This document shows, piece by piece, positions 50,315-59,858 of a stretch of DNA of 64,000 bases (its first letter is position 1; the number at the start of each line of letters is the position of its first letter). The notes under the pieces are model-generated. The model made no database searches, had not been told where the DNA came from, and saw nothing but the letters and a program-made list of their open reading frames with translations. Made by a program: the position numbers and the translations under genes. The DNA is from Patescibacteria group bacterium (lineage in GTDB: Bacteria > Patescibacteriota > Patescibacteriia > UBA2591 > CALHIP01): the NCBI GenBank assembly GCA_026417895.1, contig JAOACJ010000014.1, positions 63 to 64,062 of the forward strand, given 5' to 3'.

Positions 50315-50780
50315 AATTTTTAATTTCTAATTTTGAATTTTGAATAAATTTTTAATGGTCTAATTTTGAAAGATGAAGAAATATGATTTAGAAGAGAGAA
50401 CGGCAAATTTCGGTGAAAAGGTAATTAAATTCTGTAAAAATTTAAAACAAGATGCTATTTCTAAACCGATTATCAGTCAATTAATTCGCTCAAGCACGAG
50501 TATCGGTGCCAATTATATGGAAGCTAACGCTGCCAGTTCAAAGAGAGATTTCAAAAATAAAATTTTTATCTGTAAAAAAGAAACTCAAGAAACAAAACAC
50601 TGGTTACGGATGTTGGCTCAATATTTCTCAGAGAGAAGCAGTGAAATCAAAAACTTTGGCAAGAGGCACAAGAGTTGACTTTAATTTTCGGCAAAATTAT
50701 TGGCTCACTCAATAAAAAATGATTTTTAAAATTCAAAAATTCAAAATTGATTCAAAATTAAAAATTCAGAATTCAGAATT
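50315..50780 (+). mobile_element. four-helix-bundle cassette bounded by 56-bp heptamer-periodic inverted arms
   Basis: 50315-50370 and 50725-50780 align as a gapless inverted repeat (43/56 by manual count), sharing one 8-nt unit and one 4-nt interruption. Confidence 0.7.
50373..50722 (+). pseudogene. four-helix-bundle protein (23S rRNA IVS / Avd-like), frameshifted
   Basis: YDLEERT, QLIRSSTSIGANYMEA, KKETQETKHWL; C-terminal LWQEAQELTLIFGKII is in the -1 frame after A5 at 50649-50653. Confidence 0.8.
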
Positions 50781-51459
50781 GACAAATAAAGGTTTTACTC
50801 TCATTGAAATTCTCTTATACTTGGCCATTGTTTCGGTAGTGCTGGTTGTCGGCACTATTTTTATTTGGCAGGTCATTGAGGGTGGCGAGCGGGCGAATCA
50901 ATTAGAAGAACTGCGCGAAGCCAGCCGTTTTGTTTTAGAAAAAATCAGTCAAGAGGTAAAAAAAGCTAGAAATGTTTTAGATCCACCGAGTTGTCAGAAA
51001 TTTACCAATCAAACAGATTGTCAAAGTTATTGGGCTTGTCTCTGGCAGAATAACAAATGTTTTGTTACTTGCACTAGATACAACAATCAGCCTGATTGCG
51101 AAAATCATAATTGTATCTGGAGTAACGGTGTCTGCAGTGGCAGTGAGCCAAAAAATCTCTGCCCAGTCGATCCGGAAAACAATAAAGAAACTTGTTTAAC
51201 GATTGCCAAACCTGATGGAACTATGGTTAAATTTTATCGCCAAACTTATACAAATGTGAAAAGGATTGTTCAAAAAACAGGAAACAACGAGCCAGTAGGT
51301 TTGACCTCTGGCTTAGTTGACATTACTTCGTTGAAAATTGCTAATCTTTCACCCGACAAAGGATCAGGCATCATTAGAATCGAAATGACCTTAAAACACA
51401 AAAATAATCCACGTCTAACCTTTACTGCCCAATCTTCTATTTCTTTACGCGATAATTAA
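50719..51459 (+). CDS. PilW-like minor pilin with Cys-rich tandem insert
   Basis: NKG|FTLIEILLYLAI; leader peptide encoded by the heptamer arm. Confidence 0.82.
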   Translation: MIFKIQKFKIDSKLKIQNSELTNKGFTLIEILLYLAIVSVVLVVGTIFIWQVIEGGERANQLEELREASRFVLEKISQEVKKARNVLDPPSCQKFTNQTDCQSYWACLWQNNKCFVTCTRYNNQPDCENHNCIWSNGVCSGSEPKNLCPVDPENNKETCLTIAKPDGTMVKFYRQTYTNVKRIVQKTGNNEPVGLTSGLVDITSLKIANLSPDKGSGIIRIEMTLKHKNNPRLTFTAQSSISLRDN

Positions 51460-51540
51460 ATCATAGCAATTTTTAATTTTATCAACGCTTGACTGATTCT
51501 TTTTAAAATTATAAAATTAAAAATTAGAAATTTTTCTTCT

Positions 51541-52554
51541 ATGAATAAAAATATTTTTTCTGAAGCGGTCAAGATTATTCTTTTTCTTTTATCATTGCTT
51601 TTTCTTTATTTTATTCGTGATATTATTTTGATTTTTATTGTTTCTTTGATTATTGCTGCCATTTTTAATCCCTTAGTTGATTGGTTGGAGAAGAAAAAAA
51701 TTTCACGCGGGGCAGCAACCATCCTTATTTATTTTATTTTTCTTTTTCTTCTGGTCGGCCTTTTAATTTTAATTGTCCCGAGTTTAACGAAAGATTTAGA
51801 ATTTTTAGGAACAAAAATTTCTTCCTATTATTCAATCTTGAGGTCGTTGTTTGGTCGGGCTCAAGAAATTTTACCTAAAGACTTGTCTTTATTCTCGAGC
51901 TGGCAGACAGGTCTTTCTTCTTTAACGCGTGGTGTTTTTTCTTTACTTGGTGATGTGGCCAATGCGATTTTGGCTATTTTTTTGATACTTATTATCTCTT
52001 TTTATCTTGTCGTAGAAAAAGAGGCCATTGCCAAATTCTTTCTTTCTTTTATTCCGGAAAAACGTCATCAATTTGTTTCTCGTCTCATTTCTCTTTCGCA
52101 AAAGAATTTAAGTAATTGGGGTTGGGGAATGTTGATTTTAATGCTTTTTATCGGTGTCTTGACTTATCTTGGCCTTTTGATCCTTGAGGTTCGTTATGCT
52201 TTATTTTTCGCCATCATCGCTGGTTTGACCGAAGTTATTCCCCGAATCGGCCCTTTTCTTGGCGCTGTACCAGCCGTTGTTTTAACCTTTTTTCAAGCAC
52301 CGATTAAAGCCATTTTTGTCGCTCTCCTTTATTTTCTCATTCAACAAATTGAAGGTTCAATTGTCGTCCCTCAGGTGATGAAAAAAGCTGTTGGGTTAAA
52401 TCCGATTGTTGTCATTCTTGTTCTTCTAATTGGTGCTAAAATTGGTGGTATTTTAGGCGCGATAATTGCTGTACCGGTGACGGCTGTCATTGATATTGTC
52501 ATCAGAGAATATCGGGAATTAAAAAAACAGGAAAGTAACCTAGTTCATTATTAA
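51541..52554 (+). CDS. AI-2E family transporter
   Basis: NPLVDWL, IPRIGPF, QQIEG..PQVM..VGLNP, GILGAIIAVP. Confidence 0.9.
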   Translation: MNKNIFSEAVKIILFLLSLLFLYFIRDIILIFIVSLIIAAIFNPLVDWLEKKKISRGAATILIYFIFLFLLVGLLILIVPSLTKDLEFLGTKISSYYSILRSLFGRAQEILPKDLSLFSSWQTGLSSLTRGVFSLLGDVANAILAIFLILIISFYLVVEKEAIAKFFLSFIPEKRHQFVSRLISLSQKNLSNWGWGMLILMLFIGVLTYLGLLILEVRYALFFAIIAGLTEVIPRIGPFLGAVPAVVLTFFQAPIKAIFVALLYFLIQQIEGSIVVPQVMKKAVGLNPIVVILVLLIGAKIGGILGAIIAVPVTAVIDIVIREYRELKKQESNLVHY

Positions 52555-52571
52555 AAGAAGAAAGGTTGGTT

Positions 52572-52958
52572 ATGACTAAAAAGAAGAAATCCTTTTTTCA
52601 AATCCTCTTTACTTCTTCTTTTTTGTCTTTGGTCCTATTAATCATTCTAGGCGTAACCCTTACTTTTTCCTTTAAGACCTTTCGTCAGGAAAGAGAGGTG
52701 AGGGGACAAATTTTGGCTTTAGAAAATGAAATTGAAAAGGTTGAAGGCGAAAAATCAAAACTTCTCGAAACATTAGAATATCTCAAATCTGATTTTTATA
52801 AAGAAAAAGAAGCGCGGGAGAAATTTGGTATGCAGCAACCTGGCGAAAAGGTGATCGTCATTTTGCCACCCATTGAAAATCAAGAGAAAAATATGGTCAA
52901 AGAAGAGGAAAATTTACCCATTTTTAAAAAATGGTGGTATTATTTATTTAAAAAATAA
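52572..52958 (+). CDS. ftsB: septum formation initiator (FtsB/DivIC)
   Basis: TM, coiled coil, EKEAREKFGMQQPGEKVI. Confidence 0.8.
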   Translation: MTKKKKSFFQILFTSSFLSLVLLIILGVTLTFSFKTFRQEREVRGQILALENEIEKVEGEKSKLLETLEYLKSDFYKEKEAREKFGMQQPGEKVIVILPPIENQEKNMVKEEENLPIFKKWWYYLFKK

Positions 52959-52962
52959 AAAT

Positions 52963-53535
52963 ATGAAATTTTATCCAGAAGAAAATGAAGAAGCAGCAAA
53001 AATCATTGAAAGAAGAAAACAGGAAATACTAAAATTAATTAATTGGTTCTCTCAGCAGATTAAAGATAAAGAATGGAGAATTTTTTTTCAAGAACGTCTT
53101 AAGTTTCAAAGAGATCAATCTCCTTCACTTTTTTTAGCAATCAGCGCCTCAGATTCAGAACAAACCGTTAAATTTGCCTTTGCTAAGACAGAGCAAGAGG
53201 CGAGAGAATTGCTTATTCATCGATTATCTTCAACAGAAAAGAATTTTCCTATTTTTACAGGTAAAGTGATTGAACCACCGCCAAGTTTTTTACCACCATT
53301 TCCTCTTGAATTTCCTTTTCGTATCGTTTCTTTACCGGTCAACCTAGAAGATGCTAGATCAGCACCAGCGGATCCAGTGGAAAGAGAAGAATATATTAAG
53401 GCCATTGAACGAGTCGCTCGTTATTTTCGTGGAAACTATTTTTCTGAGATACCAAACAGTCCGGAAAGAACTCATAATTTGCTAATTCTTGACTCAAACC
53501 TTCATCCTCTTAAAGTGAGTTACGAAAAATTTTAG
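52963..53535 (+). CDS. hypothetical protein
   Basis: 190-aa ORF, no motif recognised. Confidence 0.55.
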   Translation: MKFYPEENEEAAKIIERRKQEILKLINWFSQQIKDKEWRIFFQERLKFQRDQSPSLFLAISASDSEQTVKFAFAKTEQEARELLIHRLSSTEKNFPIFTGKVIEPPPSFLPPFPLEFPFRIVSLPVNLEDARSAPADPVEREEYIKAIERVARYFRGNYFSEIPNSPERTHNLLILDSNLHPLKVSYEKF

Positions 53536-53540
53536 TTTTT

Positions 53541-54748
53541 ATGATTACCGGTCTCCTAGCCATTGGGCTTGGCTATTTGCTTGGCTCAATTTCGCCATCA
53601 TATTTCTTGACTAAATGGCTTAAAGGGGTTGATATTCGCAAACTTGGCGATGGTAATGCTGGCGCAAGAAATGTTTATCACAGTGTCGGACTGGTGCCAG
53701 CCATAATCACCGGATTAATTGATCTTTCAAAAGGGGTGGGAGTTATTTTGATTTCTTCTTTGTTCGCGCCTTTAATTTTCTCTTATCTGGCTGGCTTAGC
53801 AGCAGTCGTTGGTCATATTTTTCCTTTTTATTTAAAATTTCGTGGTGGTCAGGGTGGAGCGACTTTAAGTGGAATTCTACTTTTTTTATTTTTCAACTTC
53901 GTTTTCAAGGCCAAATCTCTTGGTCTTTATTTTTTATTCTCTTAGTGGCGGGTCTAATTTTTATTTATATCACTAAATTAGGTCCCTTTGCCGGACTAGT
54001 CTGTCTGCCATTTCTTATTTTTGGCATTTTAATGGAAACCTCTCTTAATTTAACTACCGGTTTTGTGATATTTTTATTAGCGATAAGCCTCTTTCAACTC
54101 ATTCGTTATTTTTTCTCTCAAGGAAAGATCAGACAATGGATTTTTAAAAAGGAATTAACGATTGAAGAAAAGACAGAGCTCCTTCGTTGGCGAACCTTAA
54201 TGAGACCTTTGGGCGTCTTCATTATTATTTTTTATTTTTTATTTGGTAAGACGATCATTCTCTTTTTAATTGGTTTGGTCAGTGTAATTTTTATCCTCGT
54301 TGACGTTTCTCGTCTTAGTTTTCAAAAATTTAATATCTTTCTCTTGAAAAATTTATTTATTAAACAAAAAGAAATAAAAATATTTTCCTCAATGAGTCTT
54401 TTTACGAGCGCCTCCTTTATTTTCCTCCTGATTTTTGAAAAAAGAATTGCTTTCTTGGCTATTCTTTATCTTGTTTTCGGTGATCTTTTTGCTAAAGTGA
54501 TTGGTACTTTCTTCGGTCGACAAAAATTTTTTACTAAAACTCTAGAAGGAACACTGGCTTATTTCACCTCTTGTCTACTTTTTGGCTTCTTTTTCAGTTA
54601 TTTTTTTGAAATTTCATCTTTGACAATGATAGTTGGTGCTTTCACTGCTGCTTTTTCCGAAGCTCTGCCTTTGGGTATTGATGATAATTTCAGCGTTGAC
54701 CTTCTCTCTGCTACCACCATGTATTTAGTTAATCTGATCTTCGTATAA
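53541..54748 (+). CDS. plsY: PlsY fused to CTP_transf_1 (phytol/dolichol kinase-like) domain, split by one -1 frameshift
   Basis: GYLLGSI, GDGNAGARN, GHIFP..FRGGQG; second frame has GDLFA..G, KTLEG, DDNF; frames join in T7 at 53881-53887. Confidence 0.75.
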
Positions 54749-54924
54749 ACCGTCTTATTTTTTAATGCGGTCGTTGGTAAATTTAAGACGGAGAATGGCT
54801 AAAGATTGATAAAAATGAGGTGAAAAAATGAAAAAATAAGTGAATTGACCATTTCTAAAATTCATTTATAATAGAAAAAATTCAATTTTGATTTGTAATA
54901 AAATAAAAGCAAGAGACGGAAACT

Positions 54925-54960
54925 TAACATTCTCATGTTTTTAAGAATGCTAGAATATTG
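54925..54960. repeat. REP-like palindrome, copy 2
   Basis: TAACATTCT..AAGAATGCTAGAATATTG, related to 999-1026. Confidence 0.5.
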
Positions 54961-55020
54961 AGAAAGTATAAAAATAAAATTGGAAATTAAATAATTTAAT
55001 CAAATTTTAAGTAAAATCAT

Positions 55021-58000
55021 ATGATCAAAGAAGCAATGAAGAAAATTTTATCCTGGTTTTTATCAGGAGTTCTGATTTTTTCAGGATTCTTTGTTGTTTT
55101 GGAAAAACCAGTCAGAGCGGAATGGGCGAATTATGTGGTTATTAGTGAGTTTGCGACCCGCGGTTCAACTAGTGCCTATGATGAGTTTGTTGAATTATAT
55201 AATCCGACTGAAAATATTGTTGATATCAGTGGTTGGAAATTACAATATTGGGGCGGCAGTACCTGGACCACCAAATTAACAATTCCGTCTGGAACAAAAA
55301 TTTTACCCCACCGGTATTATTTAATGTCTTCTTCGTCTCAATATTTTACTACCACAGTTTCTGATCTAACCCATAATTCATATTTGGCTCTGGCTGATGG
55401 CACAGCAGGAGATCCGCGAGGGATCAGAATAATTACTGCTGATAATATGGTAATAGATACAATAATATACGAAGCGGACGGCGGAACTGATAATTCCCTT
55501 GCGGAGGGTGGGAAGACAGCTCCTGCCCCTAATTATCGTGCCAACACTTATAACAGAAGCGTAGAAAGAAAGCCTGGTGGAGAAAGTGGCAACGGACAAG
55601 ATACAAATATCAATGGTCATGATTTTTTTGTAAGAGATCAAAGGGACCCAACGAACTCTCAAGCCTTACCTCGACCACCAATTGAGCAACCACCGTCGTC
55701 GCAACCGCAATGCGGAAACGGTACCTGTGAAACAGGAGAAAGTTCAGAAAACTGTCCCCAAGATTGTCAGTTAAATCAACCAGTTTGCGGTAATAATCTT
55801 AAAGAAGAAAAGGAAGAATGTGACAAGACTGATTTGGCCGGCCAAACTTGTATGACGCTCGGCTTTGTGAGTGGCACTTTAAGCTGTAATAATAATTGTA
55901 CTTTTAATACCTCTCAATGTACTTCTGGCGGTAGCTATCCACCGCCGATAGTTGAACAAGTCAAGCCAGGCGATATTGCTATTAATGAATTTGTTTCTGA
56001 TCCGGTTGATGGTGAAGAGGAGTGGATTGAGCTCTATAATAACACTGACAAAGAAATTGATTTAACAAATTGGCAAATTGAAGAAGGATCGGGGGTACGA
56101 ACAACTTTGTCCGGCACAATTAGTTCAAAGAGTTTTTTTGTTGTTGAAAAAATTAAAGGTTATTTAAACAACTCAGGTGACATTATTATTTTAAGAGGGG
56201 CCAATGGTCGAATTATTGATCAAGTTGTTTATGGCAGTTGGGATGATGGCAATAGAGAAGATAATGCGCCAGCAACCAAAGACCCAAATTCGGTAGCGCG
56301 AGTGGTCGATGGTCAAGATACGGATCGTGACTATTTAGATTTCAAAATTTCCACTTTACCAACAAAAAATGCACCTAATAAATTTGAAGAAGAGAAAGAA
56401 TATCCTTTTGGTGTAATTTTTAACGAACTTTTACCAAATCCTAAGGGCGATGATTCGGAAAATGAATTTATTGAATTAAAAAATCTCAATGATTTTGAAG
56501 TTAATTTAGAAAATTGGCGATTAGAAGACGCCAGTGGGACAAAATTTGTTATTTCTTCACAAAAATTATCTTCGACGAAAATTCCAGGACGTGGCTTTTT
56601 TATCCTTTGGCGTCGGGATTCAAAAATCGCTTTAAATAATTCTGGCAGTGAAAGAGTAAAACTCTATCAACCAAATGATAATTTAGTTGATGAAATCAGC
56701 TACAGCGGGACAGTTGCTGAAGACATTGCCTATGCCAAAGAGGAAACAAAAAATTGGTTTTTGACTACACAACCAACACCAGGACAAGAGAATATTATTA
56801 AGAAGGTTAATCAGAAACCAAAGGCGGTAATCTCGGCACCGAATAAAGCCTTGGTCAACGAAGAAATAATTTTTGATGCTTCTGATTCTTACGATCCAGA
56901 TGGTGATGGTTTAACTTATCTTTGGGATTTTGGTGACCAGACAAGGAGTAACGAGGTGGTGGCTAAACATTTTTATAAAAAAACAGGCAAATTTAATGTC
57001 AAACTTGAAGTTAAGGACAGTCTTGGCGAAAGCGAGGTGGTGAAATTAAGTCTTGAAATTTTACCTAACGAAAAAAAATTTTCTTATAGTCCACTTGAGG
57101 CAGAAATTTTTATCAGCGAATTTTTACCTAATCCAAAAGGGAGAGACGAGGCAGAATGGATAGAAATTTTTAATAATGGCGACAGAGAAGTCGATTTGTC
57201 GGGTTGGTTTTTAGATGACATGGATGGGGGAAGTAAACCGTATCAAATAAAAGAAGGGATAAAAATTTTGCCAGGTGAACATTTACTTTTTGAACGCAAA
57301 GAGACAAAAATTGCTTTAAATAATAATTTTGATTCTGTCAGAATTTTAGATCCAGAAGGAAATTTATTTTTTGAAGTCACCTACGAAAAACCAAAAGAAG
57401 GGTTTTCTTATGCTTTAGATGAAAATAGTGAATGGCGGTGGACATCGCTTTTAACCCCTGGTCAGAAAAATTTATTTAGTAGTGAAGAAGAGATAAAAAC
57501 AAAAAAGTCTTCAGCTAAAATAGCTGGCGAAGGGGAAAAATTTTTAGAAACTCCTTTATCAGAAGTAAGAAATCAAGAGATTGGTGATTTAGTTAAAACC
57601 CAAGGTATTGTTTCGGTTGAACCTGGTATTTTAGGAAAACAAATTTTTTATCTGGCTGGCTCAGGAATCCAAATTTATTCTTATCAGAAAGATTTTCCTT
57701 CTCTTAAACTCGGTGATCAAATTGAAGTAAGAGGTGAATTGGCCGAATATAAAAACGAAACGAGAATTAAAATTGCTTCCAAAGATGACATTAAAATTTT
57801 GGAAAGTAAAACTCCGCCCGAGCCAAAAAAAGTTAAAACTGGCGAGGTTGACGAAAGTTTAGAAGGAAATCTGGTGCTTATTGAAGGACAGTTAATCGAA
57901 TCGAGAACGAATTATTTTTATTTAGATGATGGCTCCGGCGAAGTTAAAGTTTATCTCAAAGCAACAGCCGGTCTTAAAAAACCAAAAATGAAAGAAGGTA

Positions 58001-58275
58001 ATTGGCTAAGGGTTATTGGCATTGTTGGACAGTATGGCGAAGAATATCGACTTTATCCACGCTATCAAAGTGATTTAGAAATAATTCAAAAACCAGAGGA
58101 AGATGTGGTGCTGACAACCGCTTCATTATCTGAAACGAAACCTCTTTTTGAAAGAATTAATCCTTTTTCAAAAAGCAGCCAATCAGAAAAAATCAAATAT
58201 CTTTCTTTAAGTGCTTTAACTTTGTTGATTATTTTAATTAGTCTTTTACTTCGAAGTCGAAGAAAAAAATATTGA
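55021..58275 (+). CDS. surface protein: lamin-tail domains, Cys-rich repeats, PKD, OB-folds, C-terminal TM
   Basis: Four (I/F)(S/N)E..E(F/W)(V/I)E(L/I)xN..(I/L)xxW modules; CGNG.C repeats; FDASDSYDPDG..WDFGD; LDDGSGE. Confidence 0.8.
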   Translation: MIKEAMKKILSWFLSGVLIFSGFFVVLEKPVRAEWANYVVISEFATRGSTSAYDEFVELYNPTENIVDISGWKLQYWGGSTWTTKLTIPSGTKILPHRYYLMSSSSQYFTTTVSDLTHNSYLALADGTAGDPRGIRIITADNMVIDTIIYEADGGTDNSLAEGGKTAPAPNYRANTYNRSVERKPGGESGNGQDTNINGHDFFVRDQRDPTNSQALPRPPIEQPPSSQPQCGNGTCETGESSENCPQDCQLNQPVCGNNLKEEKEECDKTDLAGQTCMTLGFVSGTLSCNNNCTFNTSQCTSGGSYPPPIVEQVKPGDIAINEFVSDPVDGEEEWIELYNNTDKEIDLTNWQIEEGSGVRTTLSGTISSKSFFVVEKIKGYLNNSGDIIILRGANGRIIDQVVYGSWDDGNREDNAPATKDPNSVARVVDGQDTDRDYLDFKISTLPTKNAPNKFEEEKEYPFGVIFNELLPNPKGDDSENEFIELKNLNDFEVNLENWRLEDASGTKFVISSQKLSSTKIPGRGFFILWRRDSKIALNNSGSERVKLYQPNDNLVDEISYSGTVAEDIAYAKEETKNWFLTTQPTPGQENIIKKVNQKPKAVISAPNKALVNEEIIFDASDSYDPDGDGLTYLWDFGDQTRSNEVVAKHFYKKTGKFNVKLEVKDSLGESEVVKLSLEILPNEKKFSYSPLEAEIFISEFLPNPKGRDEAEWIEIFNNGDREVDLSGWFLDDMDGGSKPYQIKEGIKILPGEHLLFERKETKIALNNNFDSVRILDPEGNLFFEVTYEKPKEGFSYALDENSEWRWTSLLTPGQKNLFSSEEEIKTKKSSAKIAGEGEKFLETPLSEVRNQEIGDLVKTQGIVSVEPGILGKQIFYLAGSGIQIYSYQKDFPSLKLGDQIEVRGELAEYKNETRIKIASKDDIKILESKTPPEPKKVKTGEVDESLEGNLVLIEGQLIESRTNYFYLDDGSGEVKVYLKATAGLKKPKMKEGNWLRVIGIVGQYGEEYRLYPRYQSDLEIIQKPEEDVVLTTASLSETKPLFERINPFSKSSQSEKIKYLSLSALTLLIILISLLLRSRRKKY

Positions 58276-58378
58276 AATAGTCTTCTTATGATCCAATATC
58301 CTTATTGTGGCATTGTGGCGAATAAAATTTAAGAAAGTGATGAGAAAAAGTCTTAAAACAAAAAAATAATTTAAATCT

Positions 58379-59123
58379 ATAGCTTGAATTTTTTGGACAC
58401 CTTTTATTATCATTGTCGTCTGGTTTTTGGCTGGTTTGCGAGTCGTTCAACAATACGAAAGGGGTGTTGTTTTAACTCTTGGCCGTTATTCTTCAACTCG
58501 TTTGCCGGGGCTAAATTGGATTCTGGTTGGTATTCAAAAAATGATCAAGGTTGATGTCCGAGTCAGAACTATTGATATTCCTAGACAGGAAGTCATTACT
58601 TCTGATAATGTCACTGTTGGTATTAACGCCGTAGTTTTTGTTAGAGTAGAACGAGCCGAAGATGCGGTTTTAAAAGTTCAGGACCATGTCTATGTCATTT
58701 CTCAATATGCCTTAGGTGCCTTGCGTGATGTCATTGGTGGCGTAGAACTTGATGTTTTATTAACCCAAAGAGAGAGAATTGCCGAAGAGATTAAAAAAAA
58801 TTGTTGACCAAGCCACTGAGCCTTGGGGAATTGATGTACCGGAAATTAAAATTCAAGACATTGAACTACCGGCCGAAATAAAAAGAGCCTTGGCAAAGCA
58901 AGCCGAGGCGGAAAGAGAAAGACGGGCGGTAATTATTAAAGCCGAAGGTGAATTAAAAGCTTCAGAAAATTTATCGGCAGCAGCGGCAAAATTAGCTAGT
59001 ATGCCTGGCGGCTTAACTTTAAGAACTTTAAAAACGATTGAACAGATTAATCCCGATCCTTCAAAAACTGTTATTTTCGCTTTACCGATAGAAATTATTG
59101 AAGCCTTGAAAAAAAATTGGTAG
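58379..59123 (+). pseudogene. SPFH/band-7 (stomatin-like) pseudogene
   Basis: QYERGVV..LG, QEVITSDNV, QAEAERERRA; probable ATG->ATA (58379) and TGG->TGA (58385), plus extra A in A8 at 58793-58800. Confidence 0.8.
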
Positions 59124-59135
59124 TCAGAAGTAATT

Positions 59136-59834
59136 TTATCTCATTTCTTTCAAAAACTCTGTGGCTAATTTCGCAGTTTCGGTTATGCTTTGATAATATG
59201 CTTTGATAAAACGATTTCCAAACAATAACGATATCGACGTCGTTAAAAATTGCCCGTTGTACTTCTTGAATTGTGTTACCGCCAGCTAAAGCCAGCAAAA
59301 TATCATATTGACCTTTAATTCTAGCAATCTCATGATAAGGAATTGACTTGTTTTATGCTTCTTTGTCTACACCACAATGAATAATCACGGCGGTGGGTAA
59401 TTTCTTAAGTTTTCGCAAAACAGAAAAAGAGAATTCAAAATTTATCATGTCAATCATTGAATCGATTTTGAATTCCTGACAAGCCTCAACAAAAGTATTA
59501 AGGGTTGATATGGGAGCTACGCCAAACGCCACGACGGCTGAGGCACCAGCCTGAGTCGCCAATTTGACTTCTGTTTTGTTCGGCCGCGATCCATCGTTTT
59601 CAAATCAGCCACAACATAAGGAAAACCTTGAAAACCAACAAGGCGAGCCGCCCACCAATTTCTCAGTCGACTAATGGCATTCAGCCCGTAAGTTTTAATC
59701 AAGGGTGTGCCGGCTTCGATAATAATACGATCAGAAACTGGTAACTGGCTAATAATTTTTCCTGCTTCTTCTAAAGTTGAATTGAGGGCGATTTGGAGAT
59801 ACTGTTTTTTGCGATTAAGCTTGAAACTTTCCAT
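59136..59834 (-). pseudogene. 3-hexulose-6-phosphate synthase (OMPDC/HUMPS family) pseudogene
   Basis: YLQIALN, IIEAGTPLIK, VADLKTMD, LAGG spread over several fragments with frameshifts and a stop. Confidence 0.75.
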
Positions 59835-59858
59835 ATTTTTTTATCTATCATAACAAAT

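Noticed and set aside
50649-50653. Programmed frameshift in the four-helix-bundle gene
   Set aside because: C AAA AAC is not a full slippery heptamer; single-base loss by decay or assembly error is simpler.
44991-50722. Diversity-generating retroelement (Avd-like gene next to an adhesin)
   Set aside because: No reverse transcriptase and no TR/VR pair differing only at adenines. The repeat at 48516/49557 differs mainly at synonymous positions.
58385-58387. TGA recoding (genetic code 25)
   Set aside because: TGA ends intact genes such as mreB, nadD and ftsI, and long ORFs have no internal TGA. This codon fits a TGG->TGA lesion.
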